Source: Candidatus Poribacteria bacterium
GTDB taxonomy: Bacteria; Poribacteria; WGA-4E; WGA-3G
Direction of reading: 5' to 3'
NCBI GenBank assembly: GCA_965242965.1
Contig: OZ251518.1
Span: 4,672,001 to 4,736,000 of the forward strand
Length of the DNA stretch: 64,000 bases
Each line of letters begins with the position of its first letter. The stretch's first letter is position 1. The position numbers and the translations under genes are program-made. Below are positions 29,192-38,876 of the stretch, piece by piece. The notes beneath the pieces are model-generated. The model was not told the origin of the DNA. It was given only the letters and a program-made list of their open reading frames with translations, and searched no databases.

Positions 29192-29607
29192 GAGGGTGTT
29201 CATAACTCCGTTTCGGTATTTATTCCCCCTTGGGGGCGGACGAATACCGATAGAAAAGCGAAGGGATGCCGCCCCGACTTCTCTGCAAATCCCTGCCGAG
29301 GGCACCCCTCGGCGCGGCGCGGTGCCGGGCCCTCGTCCGCCGGCACCGCGCGCTGAAAAAAGAAAACGGCGCGTCCCCCCAGTTTCGATGCAAGCGATGT
29401 TCCCGTAGGAGAGACCTCCTGGTCTCGATGCGCCGCCGTAGGAGAGATTACCGCTGTCGTTTGCAAGCGTCTGAGCCCAAACAGGTAAGGAGCAGGCACG
29501 CCTTATCTAATCAAGACAGGGAGGTCTCTCCTACCGGCAATTCGCCATTTTTTCACCGTATCACGGAGCCTGTCACTGCGCCGTTGAGCGATTTATGAAA
29601 CACCCTC
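29192..29607 (+). mobile_element. MITE with GAGGGTGTT(T)CATAA terminal inverted repeats carrying a structured arm and family B REPs
   Basis: Left end GAGGGTGTTCATAA, right end TTATGAAACACCCTC; subterminal sequence shared with the 38653 copy. Confidence 0.85.
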
Positions 29608-30368
29608 ATTGACCTCCTTGGCAAATCTAAAAATTCGTAGGAATCAATTCCCTCTTCGTAACGAACCAATTCTATGTCTGATGGAATGTCCGCCTCGGTA
29701 AAGGATTTCCCCTTCTCAGATATAATGGCATTCAGCCGGGCATTATCATCAGGATGTCCTATTGAGTCGCTTATATATCTGACAATACCGGTCGGTCTAA
29801 GATACGACTTCCATTTCACATAGACGATGCCTTTGATAGTCGGATATACCAAGCCGTTCTCCATCGTTGTCCCTACGGCGTTTATACCCTGAGAGATAAG
29901 TTTTATCCGGACGCGTTTCATCAGTTCATGGTTCGCGGACAAATTGTTCCACGTCTCTGGTCCCCACCCTTCGGGCAATTCTGGATACGGCCCGAATCCA
30001 TGGGGTGAGACTGGAATGTCTTCGACGGTTTGTAATGGAATTTCTGAAACGGCCCGGGTCTCATCGGCAACCGTGTTTTCAGGAATCCCCGTATCGGTTG
30101 TTGGGAACACATCGGGCGTGTCCCCGAAGTGCACGCGGTTTTCGATTGGAAGCGCGCTTTCGGTAGCGTCGGTAGTGTCGGTTGACGCGGTTGGCACGTG
30201 GTTACGCGCTGCCTTCCGCTGTTCAAGTTGTTCCAGACGCTGGTAGAACGCTTTGTCTTCGGCATCAAGCTTCCTCATCTCGTAGTGATACCAGAGACTG
30301 AAGCCGCCTGCTATCACGCCGAAGATAAGGCTTGCGCCGAGAATCGTTCGGAGGTCCAAGGTTTTCAT
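29553..30368 (-). CDS. Membrane-anchored hypothetical protein; C-terminus now reads into the MITE
   Basis: GAGG RBS, N-terminal TM helix, coiled coil, T/P-rich linker, SPHGFGPYPELP domain; the stop codon lies inside the MITE. Confidence 0.7.
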   Translation of the reverse strand: MKTLDLRTILGASLIFGVIAGGFSLWYHYEMRKLDAEDKAFYQRLEQLEQRKAARNHVPTASTDTTDATESALPIENRVHFGDTPDVFPTTDTGIPENTVADETRAVSEIPLQTVEDIPVSPHGFGPYPELPEGWGPETWNNLSANHELMKRVRIKLISQGINAVGTTMENGLVYPTIKGIVYVKWKSYLRPTGIVRYISDSIGHPDDNARLNAIISEKGKSFTEADIPSDIELVRYEEGIDSYEFLDLPRRSMRVFHKSLNGAVTGSVIR

Positions 30369-30399
30369 ATTGCTTCCTCGGTTATGAGGTTCTCCGTCC

Positions 30400-31962
30400 T
30401 TACCTCCACTCGCGCCATTCCGATAAAATGCTGGCGAGTTGTCCCACGAGCGGCTTAATCTCACTCGCGGCCTGGGTGGCTTCTATCCTTGCAACAAACC
30501 TGCAAATGTCCGGAATACTTCGGCTGAGATGTTCGGACAGGTTCCGAAATTTGGTTTTGGCTACTTCTGAATTCCTGTCCACAGCCAATGCGTAGATGGC
30601 ATCCAACCGGTTCATTAAGTCCAACAGGCCGCCTTTATGGATGCCGAGTTGCGTGGTATCCGTTTCGGAGAGTTCCCGTAACTTCTCCCACACCCATCCT
30701 TCTGGCGCGCCCTTGCCGGGGAGGAATAACACTTGCGCCGGGCGTTTTGCCGCCGCCTCAATTTTGCCCACAATGTCGCTATCCCCCTGGTCTCCATCAA
30801 GAACGAAGACGGTGTTGTGAATTTGTCCGAATTTTCGGAGTGCCTCTGCGTGCACAGGGAATGCGCTTGCGCCGGTGTCCCTTCCGATGCGCACCGACTC
30901 GCGCTGTAAGCCTTCGCGGGGTATCAGCACATCAAACACGCCTTGCAGAATGCCTTCCGCCGCCTCGTCTTCACAGAGGAAGTTCAGCGCGTCCTGCGCG
31001 CGGCCGTAGAGCGCGTTCTGAATCACATCGCGATAGGCATCGCGCACGACAACTTGTCCCGAGGGTTCGGCCCTGTCCAGAAAAATCCGCCCATGAGGCG
31101 GGACCGAGTCAAGCACCACCGGACTGTGCGTTGTCACAATCACTTGGAGGCTGTTCCGCAGTGCCAGTTGTTGCAGCTGCAACATCAGCAATTGCTGCAC
31201 CCACGGGTGAAGCCCCGCTTCTACTTCGTCAATCAGTACCAGCGCGTTCTCCTGTTGCGCGATTTCCTGTGCCAGCCGCAGCAAGGCACGTTCGCCCGCC
31301 GCCATGTGCAACTCGGAATACGCCGCACCCCCCTCCTGCGTTGCAAAAAGCAGTGCCTTGTTATCGCTAGATAACTTGAGAACTTCTGCATAGCGGAACG
31401 GGAGCAGCTGTTGGGCGAAATCAATCTGCGCCGGCGTTAACGGCAGTTCTTCCGGTTTGGATTTTTGTCGTGACATGCTGAGGAGACCGCGCACCTCCGC
31501 CGGATTGCTCAGGTTGCTGAGCGTCCGAAGATACATCCGCCGCACGGGCTGCTTCGCATTTGCACGCCTGAAGAAGCTGCGGCTCCACTTCCCTTGTTTG
31601 GCGCGCCGCCACCGCATCTCAAGCGGCCCCTCGGAAGTCTGATAATAGAAATCCATCGTCACCTCTTCTCTCGTATCGCTGTGTCCCGCGTGTTTGGGAA
31701 GATAGTCGGGAAATAACGTAGAGGGAACGTAATCCCTCACGCCTGCACCCGGCACCTGGTAAGCACACGCCGCGGCAAAAAGCACCGTGGACTTCCCCGT
31801 CGCATTGCCTCCGGCGATAACACTCACCGGATAATCAAATCTCACCCGCAGAGCCTGAAATCCACGAATCCCATCAAGACGAATCTCCGATAGGAAATGG
31901 GGCAAATGCGGTTTTTTCCCTTGCAACTGATTCCATAGTGATGCGAAACGTTGCTCAATCAT
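30400..31962 (-). CDS. ABC-type ATPase fused to a TOPRIM-like domain (OLD-like, possible defence protein)
   Basis: Walker A GGNATGKST, MAAGE signature, Walker B LIDEVEAGLHP, TTHSP; C-terminal CEDE and VLDGD. Confidence 0.75.
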   Translation of the reverse strand: MIEQRFASLWNQLQGKKPHLPHFLSEIRLDGIRGFQALRVRFDYPVSVIAGGNATGKSTVLFAAACAYQVPGAGVRDYVPSTLFPDYLPKHAGHSDTREEVTMDFYYQTSEGPLEMRWRRAKQGKWSRSFFRRANAKQPVRRMYLRTLSNLSNPAEVRGLLSMSRQKSKPEELPLTPAQIDFAQQLLPFRYAEVLKLSSDNKALLFATQEGGAAYSELHMAAGERALLRLAQEIAQQENALVLIDEVEAGLHPWVQQLLMLQLQQLALRNSLQVIVTTHSPVVLDSVPPHGRIFLDRAEPSGQVVVRDAYRDVIQNALYGRAQDALNFLCEDEAAEGILQGVFDVLIPREGLQRESVRIGRDTGASAFPVHAEALRKFGQIHNTVFVLDGDQGDSDIVGKIEAAAKRPAQVLFLPGKGAPEGWVWEKLRELSETDTTQLGIHKGGLLDLMNRLDAIYALAVDRNSEVAKTKFRNLSEHLSRSIPDICRFVARIEATQAASEIKPLVGQLASILSEWREWR

Positions 31963-32314
31963 GACCGAAACCTCCTCTCATCGCTGACCTGAATGAAAAC
32001 TAGCACTTAACTAACTGCCAAGCAGGATAGCATAGATGCCAACATCAAGAAAACCTCGTTTAATGTTCGCCAAGGCACCTTTGAAAAATAGTAAATAAAG
32101 TGTCAACTGTGTCACGTATGCATCAAATAATACCACGAACGGATTAATTTGTCAATATTCCGCTGCCCGATTGCCGAAGCGATTCGTCAAACCGTTGGCG
32201 CGCCGATTGTTCATATTGTGGTTTCTATTGTTTGCGATCAGGCGATCGCAAACTACAGAAATGTCTCCGGTAGGAGAGACCTCCTGGTCTCGACACACCC
32301 CGTAGGAGAATTGT

Positions 32315-34285
32315 TTAGCCAGGCAGCAACCGATACCCAATCCCCGTCATTAAACCGACAACAATCCAGATACCACCGATGAAGCATTCACCTAACACAA
32401 CGCCTAAAACGAGAGGACGTAGTTTGCGATACTGCGCAACGCCACCGAACTTCAGCATCGTGTATTTCAGAAACCAACCGATGAAAAATGAGCCCCAAAA
32501 ACAGTAGGTCGCGTAACTGGTTATCATCAAAGAGCCAATGGGATGTAGTTTCCACCAGAGGTAGTGGGTGCGCATCCAGAGCATGCCGAACATGGCAGCA
32601 CCGCCGAAGATAAACGAACCGAGTCGTTCTGCCTCAATGCCGCTAGGATGCTGCAGAATGCTGGTGAGGCGATTAAACGGGACTGTCGTGGAAATCATGT
32701 AAGTCCAGTGCTGTAGGTTGACTGCACCGTGCGTGTAGGGCAAGTCAAGAGAGGAGTAGTAAGATACACCGATGGCTAAGACGATTGCGATGCCCATGGC
32801 GAGCAGAAACGGACGTTGTTTGAGGCGCAGAGGTTCGGCGAGTTTGAAGTTGTTCATCACGCCGGGCATCAGGATTTCGCGCATGTCGAACATGAGGACG
32901 CGTTCGTAGGCGACGAGCGTCCAACTCGGCGCGTTGACGCGGGCACTCCCGAAGAGGGTGATGAGATATTCACTGGGGAGGAAGGAATAGAGGATGAACA
33001 GGAGGCCGCCGTTGGCAACCATCCACGTTCCTACCGTCGTCAGTGCGAGGAAAATGGCGAGGATGAAAACTGCTACCCAGAGACTCATCCCGGCGAGGTT
33101 GCATATCAGGACGAACAAAAGGCTTCCGATAATGAAACCGCTCACTGCCCAGACATAAGGTAAGGGTTCGTTTGCATCGTCGCGCGTTTTCTGTAGACTT
33201 CGCCCGGCAATGGTAGCGAAGGCGCGCCCGAAGTGCCGTCTGCCTGTCCAGAGGATAAATCCGATAAACACGAGCAGCGCGCCCATCTGCTGGTTTTGGT
33301 GGAAATTCCACTGATTTACCTTTGAGCCCGTGGCGTAGATAAGCACCGTCTCCATTTTTCCGAGGAGAAAGAAGAACCAGAAACTGAACGAGATTTCAAG
33401 TGTCAAGAGATAGACGATGGCGACAATCGATGGGAAAATGAAGAGGTTCACGGAGGGCCACCATGCCAAAGCGGAGAGCGGTTTTTCGGTGAAGAAGGCG
33501 GCGAGAGGAAAGTAGACTGGCGGATTCGGGAGAGCCGGAAAGTAGAGGTGCAACCCCTTCAAGCCGTGCAGGATGACAGGTATAGTAAAGCCGCCCCACA
33601 TCAACGGGGATTTAAAGAAGCGGTTTAAGAGAGCGCGCCCTGAAGGAGGCTGAAGCATCTCCATGGGCAGTTGGACGAGCGGGAAGGTGAACCGTTCGTG
33701 CTCAACCCACTGCTTGCGGAGTAGCACGCACCAACAAATAGTGACGACATAGAAGACGAGGACAAAGCCGCTCCACGCGACGATAGGTTTTATCCATGTT
33801 ATCCACGGGATGCTGTCGCCGTCGGGAAGCCGTTCGTAGAAATAGAAGACTGCTTTTGTGTCGCGCACTACCATCCATTCTGGCAAGTGTTGGTGAAAGA
33901 GTGCTGTCCATTCGTTTTCGGGTGTTGCGAAGTAGAACGGACTGATGGCGAGTGGGATGAGATAGCGCATTAACCCTGAGGAGGGGATGCCTGACGCGAC
34001 GAGCATCATCCCCCAAATCACGAGAAGTTCTGTGCTTTGAAGTTCAGTTCCCGGTTTCGTTCGTTTCAGGAGGACATTGACGCTGAGCACGCACACCAAC
34101 ATGAAGAAGACAACGGCGATAGGGAGGTGATTTCCTGCAAGGTAAGTGCCGCCGACGAAGAAATCGTTGTAAGGTGTGGCGAGGCATTGGCATATCACCG
34201 CGCTCATGCCGATGAGAACGCTTCGGAGAGTGATGCCGGCGGTGCGCGCGTCATGGGCGGCGGAACGCCGAGTTGGTTGTGTCAT
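32315..34285 (-). CDS. DUF6785/DUF6784-type polytopic membrane protein (putative transporter)
   Basis: ITLRSVLIG, RKQWVEHERFTFPL, WWKLHPIG and GGVAQYRKLRP motifs; many TM helices. Confidence 0.75.
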   Translation of the reverse strand: MTQPTRRSAAHDARTAGITLRSVLIGMSAVICQCLATPYNDFFVGGTYLAGNHLPIAVVFFMLVCVLSVNVLLKRTKPGTELQSTELLVIWGMMLVASGIPSSGLMRYLIPLAISPFYFATPENEWTALFHQHLPEWMVVRDTKAVFYFYERLPDGDSIPWITWIKPIVAWSGFVLVFYVVTICWCVLLRKQWVEHERFTFPLVQLPMEMLQPPSGRALLNRFFKSPLMWGGFTIPVILHGLKGLHLYFPALPNPPVYFPLAAFFTEKPLSALAWWPSVNLFIFPSIVAIVYLLTLEISFSFWFFFLLGKMETVLIYATGSKVNQWNFHQNQQMGALLVFIGFILWTGRRHFGRAFATIAGRSLQKTRDDANEPLPYVWAVSGFIIGSLLFVLICNLAGMSLWVAVFILAIFLALTTVGTWMVANGGLLFILYSFLPSEYLITLFGSARVNAPSWTLVAYERVLMFDMREILMPGVMNNFKLAEPLRLKQRPFLLAMGIAIVLAIGVSYYSSLDLPYTHGAVNLQHWTYMISTTVPFNRLTSILQHPSGIEAERLGSFIFGGAAMFGMLWMRTHYLWWKLHPIGSLMITSYATYCFWGSFFIGWFLKYTMLKFGGVAQYRKLRPLVLGVVLGECFIGGIWIVVGLMTGIGYRLLPG

Positions 34286-34533
34286 AGAGATGAATGAAGT
34301 CTATTGCGTGTCCGTTTTTTGCAAAGTCTACCACAATTTGCAATAGCCTGCAAGCGAAAAATGCCGCGCCGTGCGGAAATCGACTTTTTGCGTTTAAACC
34401 GCGCGAAAAAGCGGTTATTGCAACACTATCTGCACATTTTTATTTTTTCCTTGTTTTTTTTTGAAATTTTTGTTAAAATTCTAATGAATTTGCCTCTATT
34501 CGTGCAGAATGTCGATTTTTTTAAACAATTAAG

Positions 34534-34563
34534 TTGACAAAACGTTTAAGAGTGTAGTATTAT
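34534..34563 (+). promoter_or_regulatory. Sigma70-type promoter of the RpoD-family sigma gene
   Basis: TTGACA-18 bp-TATTAT within an AT-rich upstream region. Confidence 0.6.
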
Positions 34564-34615
34564 TAATTGTTGTATCGATCTGGTCGAAAATTTTATCATC
34601 AAGGAGAGGAGAAGA

Positions 34616-36007
34616 ATGGAAACTGAGTTTTCCAGCGAAACAGAATATTTTGGGAGTGTCAATTCGTACCTAAAGGATACTTATCCGTTAGATGACACCG
34701 AGCTCGTTGAGAGCTATGAGATTGGCAGCGACCGGAGTGCATTGAAAACGTGGCTTCGGAGTGTTGCCGGGCACCGTATACTGACTCGCGAGGAGGAAGT
34801 AGACTTGGCGAAGCGGATCGAGGCCGGGAATATGGTGCTTGATGCGCTCGGACTTGACAAGGACGTGGCGTTCACCTATATCGTAGACAACTCACCCACC
34901 TACCCGCAGTTCAAAAAGTGGGTAGTAGACTTGGCGAAGCGGATTGAGGCGGCTGGGGACATGGTGCTTGATGCGCTCGGACTTGACAAGGACGCGACGT
35001 TCACCTATATCGCAGACAATTCGCCGACTTACCGGCAGTTCGAGGCGTGGGTATTGGAGCAGAGAGAAGGCAGTCTTGATACCGCCATCGACGCGCAAAT
35101 CAACAGGCTCGATGCCGATGCCTTCGCGACACTCAACACCGCGATAGATGCCCGTAAGGCGTGGGTATTGGAGCAGAGAGAAGGCAGTCTTGATACCGCC
35201 ATCGACGCGCAAATCAACAGGCTTGATGCCGATGCCTTCGCAACACTCAACACTGCGATAGATGCCCGCGACGAACTCGTGGAGACAAACCTGCGGCTCG
35301 TTATCTCGATCGCCATTAAGTTCCAAGGCCGCAACGTCCCCTTGGAAGACCTGATTCAAGAGGGGAACCTCGGGCTGATTCGTGCGGCGGACAAGTTTGA
35401 TTACCGGAAGGGGTTCAAGTTCAGCACCTACGCAATCTGGTGGATCAAGCAGGGCATTATGCGCTCGCTTGAGAATTTCTCCCGGTCGATCCGTCTGCCA
35501 TCCTATATCGTGTCGGAGATGAACAAGTTCGATTCCGTCTATGCAACGCTGTGTCAGAAATTGCAGCGGGAGCCGACGCGTGCGGAAATGGCAGAGGCGT
35601 TAGAGGTGACTGTGGAACAGGTAGACGAAATCCTGGCATTTAACTCGGACACGATGTCAATGGACATGCCGTTGAACCAGGGTGTTTCGTCGGCGACGCT
35701 AGGCGACCTGGTCGAAGATCGTCACACCGGCGAAAATGCAGGGCATATTGCCGAAATGATTAACGCCGACCTGGTGGCTGAGATTCTGAGTAAGCTGCCC
35801 GAACGTGAGCAGATCGTGCTCAAGATGCGCTACGGTCTGGAAGATGGAGAGCGGAAGACACTCCGAGAGATTGGAGATGCCTTGGACGTAACCCGAGAAC
35901 GGATCCGGCAGTTGGAAATTTGTGCAATTGCGCAATTGCGAACGCTCTACAACGAGATGGGAGAGCTGCGTTCGCAGGAACCACGGAGAAACCGGTCCGC
36001 CGCGTAA
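34616..36007 (+). CDS. RpoD-family sigma-70 factor with a duplicated insertion between regions 1.2 and 2
   Basis: [11 protein letters not shown] (1.2), NLRLVISIA...[10 protein letters not shown]...[11 protein letters not shown] (2), TLREIG...TRERIRQLE (4). Confidence 0.9.
   Translation: METEFSSETEYFGSVNSYLKDTYPLDDTELVESYEIGSDRSALKTWLRSVAGHRILTREEEVDLAKRIEAGNMVLDALGLDKDVAFTYIVDNSPTYPQFKKWVVDLAKRIEAAGDMVLDALGLDKDATFTYIADNSPTYRQFEAWVLEQREGSLDTAIDAQINRLDADAFATLNTAIDARKAWVLEQREGSLDTAIDAQINRLDADAFATLNTAIDARDELVETNLRLVISIAIKFQGRNVPLEDLIQEGNLGLIRAADKFDYRKGFKFSTYAIWWIKQGIMRSLENFSRSIRLPSYIVSEMNKFDSVYATLCQKLQREPTRAEMAEALEVTVEQVDEILAFNSDTMSMDMPLNQGVSSATLGDLVEDRHTGENAGHIAEMINADLVAEILSKLPEREQIVLKMRYGLEDGERKTLREIGDALDVTRERIRQLEICAIAQLRTLYNEMGELRSQEPRRNRSAA
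34799..35268 (+). repeat. Two in-frame intragenic tandem duplications (126/129 bp and 114 bp)
   Basis: Unit A at 34799-34924 and 34925-35053; unit B at 35043-35156 and 35157-35268. Confidence 0.95.
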
Positions 36008-36029
36008 GCGCGGCGCGCCGAAGGCGACT

Positions 36030-36632
36030 ATGAAGAATTTCTTGAAGAAGTTCACGGGCACCGAAACCCCGTGGCTTACCGTCACCGAAACCGCAGAAAA
36101 AAAGGTTCACGAAGTGATCCAGAACGAAGAGGTTGATGTGGCAGGCTTGCGCGTTAGCATCCAAAGCCGCACCGCCGCCGCGTTCCAATACAGTCTCGGT
36201 TTAGCTACCGAGGCAGAAGAGGACGACATCGTCGTTCAATGCCAGCATTTTAAGGTGTTGGTAGCCGCGGACAGCGCGGAGAACCTCAAGGGCGCGGTGA
36301 TTGACTACGTGGAAGACTTGAACGCGAGCGGGTTCCAGATTGAGAACCCTAACACGCCGACATGGGATAACCCGAAAGCGCAGCAGATTCAGCAGTTAAT
36401 CGATGAACGGATTAACCCTGCTGTCGCCGCACACGGCGGCCAGGTAGAACTCCTGAACGTCGATGACGAAGCCGTTTACATTCACATGGGCGGCGGCTGC
36501 CAAGGCTGTGGCATGGCTAATGTCACCCTCAAACACGGCATTGAAGCGATGATTCTGGAGGCGTTCCCAGAAATTAAGCACGTGATTGACACCACCGATC
36601 ACGCGGCGGGAAGCAATCCGTATTACGCGTAA
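36030..36632 (+). CDS. nfuA: Fe-S cluster biogenesis protein NfuA
   Basis: Degenerate A-type carrier domain (IDY...GFQIENPN) plus a NifU-C domain INPAVAAHGG...GGGCQGC. Confidence 0.85.
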   Translation: MKNFLKKFTGTETPWLTVTETAEKKVHEVIQNEEVDVAGLRVSIQSRTAAAFQYSLGLATEAEEDDIVVQCQHFKVLVAADSAENLKGAVIDYVEDLNASGFQIENPNTPTWDNPKAQQIQQLIDERINPAVAAHGGQVELLNVDDEAVYIHMGGGCQGCGMANVTLKHGIEAMILEAFPEIKHVIDTTDHAAGSNPYYA

Positions 36633-36643
36633 CCCCTTAACAG

Positions 36644-36673
36644 AAAGGGCGGGCCATCGGGCCCGCCTTTTTT
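36644..36673. terminator. Rho-independent terminator between convergent genes
   Basis: GGCGGGCC-ATCG-GGCCCGCC followed by a T-tract. Confidence 0.85.
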
Positions 36674-37643
36674 ATTTTTCAGGCACAATTTGCGCGCCGA
36701 CGTTATTCGCGCGCGTAACAAAACAACTCCCACCTTTCGGCAGGGTTTCAAGGAATGCCTCTGTCTTCCGTTTCAACTCTTCAATGTCCAAACTGACTGC
36801 GCAGATTGCCGGCCCCCAACTGCTAACGCCCGCGCCTAGTGCACCGTTATGCTGTAGGAATTCAAGCGTCTGTTGCAGTTCCTGTCCCTGCGCGTCAATT
36901 TCCACCCGTTTCCATCCAAATGTCTGAATCTGATTTAACGCCTCGCCGAAGCGGCGCATATCCTCTTCAAGGATAGCGGGTAATATCTGGAGGAGCAGGA
37001 TATGTGAAAGGCGCGGCGCGATGGATGCCGGTTGCGGGCACAGCGTCCGAAAGAGTTCAAGCTCTGCTTCGCCGTAAATCCGAGAGCAGTTCGGCAGGAC
37101 AATGAGGAGGGGCCACGCAGGGAACGGGTATCGGAGTAAAATCGGCGGGGGAGAAATGTTGCCCACGGCGGAAGATGGGAGAAAGGAGGCTTTCTGCTCC
37201 GGATAGCGGTGCCCGCCATCAACGATGAAGCCACCGGTATCAAACGCGGCGACACCGATGCCGGAGGTGCCGCCGCGCCCGACGACGCGCGCTAAATCAA
37301 GCACGCTTAAATTGAGCCCATACAAGAGATTAACGGCGTGCGCGACACCGAGTGAGAGTTGTGTGCCTGAACCGAACCCGCTGTGCATCGGGATTTCCGA
37401 GGTGATTTCAAGCCCGATGCCGGGAAACGGATAGGTTTCTTGGAGACGCGCCAAGACGTGACACGCGCGTTCACGATACACGGAATCTGCCACGTGAATG
37501 CCAGCCGCCCGTTCGGCAGTGATGCAGAAATGCGGATGCTCAATTGCCAAACCGAACCCGCCATCAATCCGGCCTAACGCGCCGTTCAAATCGATGAGTG
37601 AGAAGTGGAGCCGCGCAGGCGTGGTAATTGTAACGTGGTGCAT
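36672..37643 (-). CDS. mptG: Beta-ribofuranosylaminobenzene 5'-phosphate synthase (GHMP superfamily, methanopterin biosynthesis)
   Basis: TPARLHFSLIDLNGALGRIDGG, HSGFGSGTQ, GRGGTSGIG, FIVDGGH and SSWGP motifs. Confidence 0.85.
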   Translation of the reverse strand: MHHVTITTPARLHFSLIDLNGALGRIDGGFGLAIEHPHFCITAERAAGIHVADSVYRERACHVLARLQETYPFPGIGLEITSEIPMHSGFGSGTQLSLGVAHAVNLLYGLNLSVLDLARVVGRGGTSGIGVAAFDTGGFIVDGGHRYPEQKASFLPSSAVGNISPPPILLRYPFPAWPLLIVLPNCSRIYGEAELELFRTLCPQPASIAPRLSHILLLQILPAILEEDMRRFGEALNQIQTFGWKRVEIDAQGQELQQTLEFLQHNGALGAGVSSWGPAICAVSLDIEELKRKTEAFLETLPKGGSCFVTRANNVGAQIVPEK

Positions 37644-37718
37644 TGTTGAGTTAACCGGTAGGAGAGACCTCCCGGTCTCGATTTCTGCGTGGTAATTGTA
37701 ACGTGGTGCATTATTGAG
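37619..37718. repeat. 32-bp direct repeats including the mptG start codon, flanking a family B REP
   Basis: 37619-37650 and 37687-37718 differ at one position; the REP lies at 37658-37681. Confidence 0.9.
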
Positions 37719-37802
37719 ACTAAGGCGCGTGGCGATACACAGCGAGTTCAATTGAACCGCTTCTGAAAATCACAGACTCGGTTGGAACGGTGATTGTTCT
37801 TG

Positions 37803-38528
37803 TTATTCTTCGCCATTTCTGGCCTCTCCATTTCTGTCCTCTCCATTTCCGTTTCGCCTCACGTCGCGCTCAATGAGTCCATCCCGGATGTGGAGGACGC
37901 GTTGCGCGTGCTCGGCCACTTCAGGTTCGTGCGTTACCATGATGATGGTGTTCCCGTCGGCATTGAGCCGGTCGAAAATCGCCATGATTTCGTCGCCGGA
38001 CTTGGTATCCAAGTTGCCAGTCGGTTCATCGGCGAAGATCATTGAGGGCCGATTGACTAGCGCGCGCGCGATGGCAACCCGCTGAATCTGTCCACCGGAG
38101 AGCTCCGTGGATTTGTGATCTACCCGGTCTGCCAGTCCTACTGCCTCCAGCGATTCAAAGGCACGCCGTTTCCGCTCCTTCCTGCTGATACCGGAATAGA
38201 TGAGCGGCAATTCCACATTGTGGAGTGCGCTCGTTCGCGGCAGCAAGTTAAATGACTGGAACACAAAACCGATTTTCCGGTTCCGGATATCTGCCAGCCG
38301 GTTATCGGAAAGGTTACCTACCTCCTCGCCTTCAAGATAATACTCGCCGGCCGTAGGCGTTGCAAGGCATCCGAGAATATCCATCATCGTCGATTTCCCG
38401 GAACCGGAAGGGCCCATAATGGCGATAAACTCACCCGATGTAACAGCGAAGGACACACCGCGCAAGGCATGCACCTGCACATCGCCCATCTGATAGACTT
38501 TGGTTAAGTCTCTGACATCAATTAGCAT
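37803..38528 (-). CDS. ABC transporter ATP-binding protein (MacB/LolD-type)
   Basis: [23 protein letters not shown] and VTHE motifs. Confidence 0.95.
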   Translation of the reverse strand: MLIDVRDLTKVYQMGDVQVHALRGVSFAVTSGEFIAIMGPSGSGKSTMMDILGCLATPTAGEYYLEGEEVGNLSDNRLADIRNRKIGFVFQSFNLLPRTSALHNVELPLIYSGISRKERKRRAFESLEAVGLADRVDHKSTELSGGQIQRVAIARALVNRPSMIFADEPTGNLDTKSGDEIMAIFDRLNADGNTIIMVTHEPEVAEHAQRVLHIRDGLIERDVRRNGNGEDRNGEARNGEE

Positions 38529-38652
38529 AAGTATAGCACCTCTTCTGCGTTGTTTTTTTTCCAGCGAACGACATTTTCCTTGATAGGAGCCCCCTCTTCC
38601 CGAATCGGAAGCCTCGTGACCGGGGGGATTTCTACTGAGGATAAAACTAAAT

Positions 38653-38847
38653 GAGGGTGTTTCATAACTCGTTTTCCCCGGTAGGAGGGACATCCTTATC
38701 CCGATACGGTAGACATCGAGACCGGGAGGGCTCTCCTACGGGAATGCATCGAGACCGGGAGGGCTCTCCTACCGGCAATTCCCCCATTTTTTCACAGCAG
38801 CGCGAGGGCCTGTCACCGCGACGTTGAGCGCTTTAGGAAACACCCTC
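38653..38847 (+). mobile_element. Complete 195-bp MITE with 15-bp TIRs and 8-bp target duplication AACTAAAT
   Basis: GAGGGTGTTTCATAA...TTAGGAAACACCCTC; AACTAAAT at 38645-38652 and 38848-38855; the interior is family D, B and A REPs. Confidence 0.9.
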
Positions 38848-38876
38848 AACTAAATCGCGCTGCGAGCAATGCGGGA

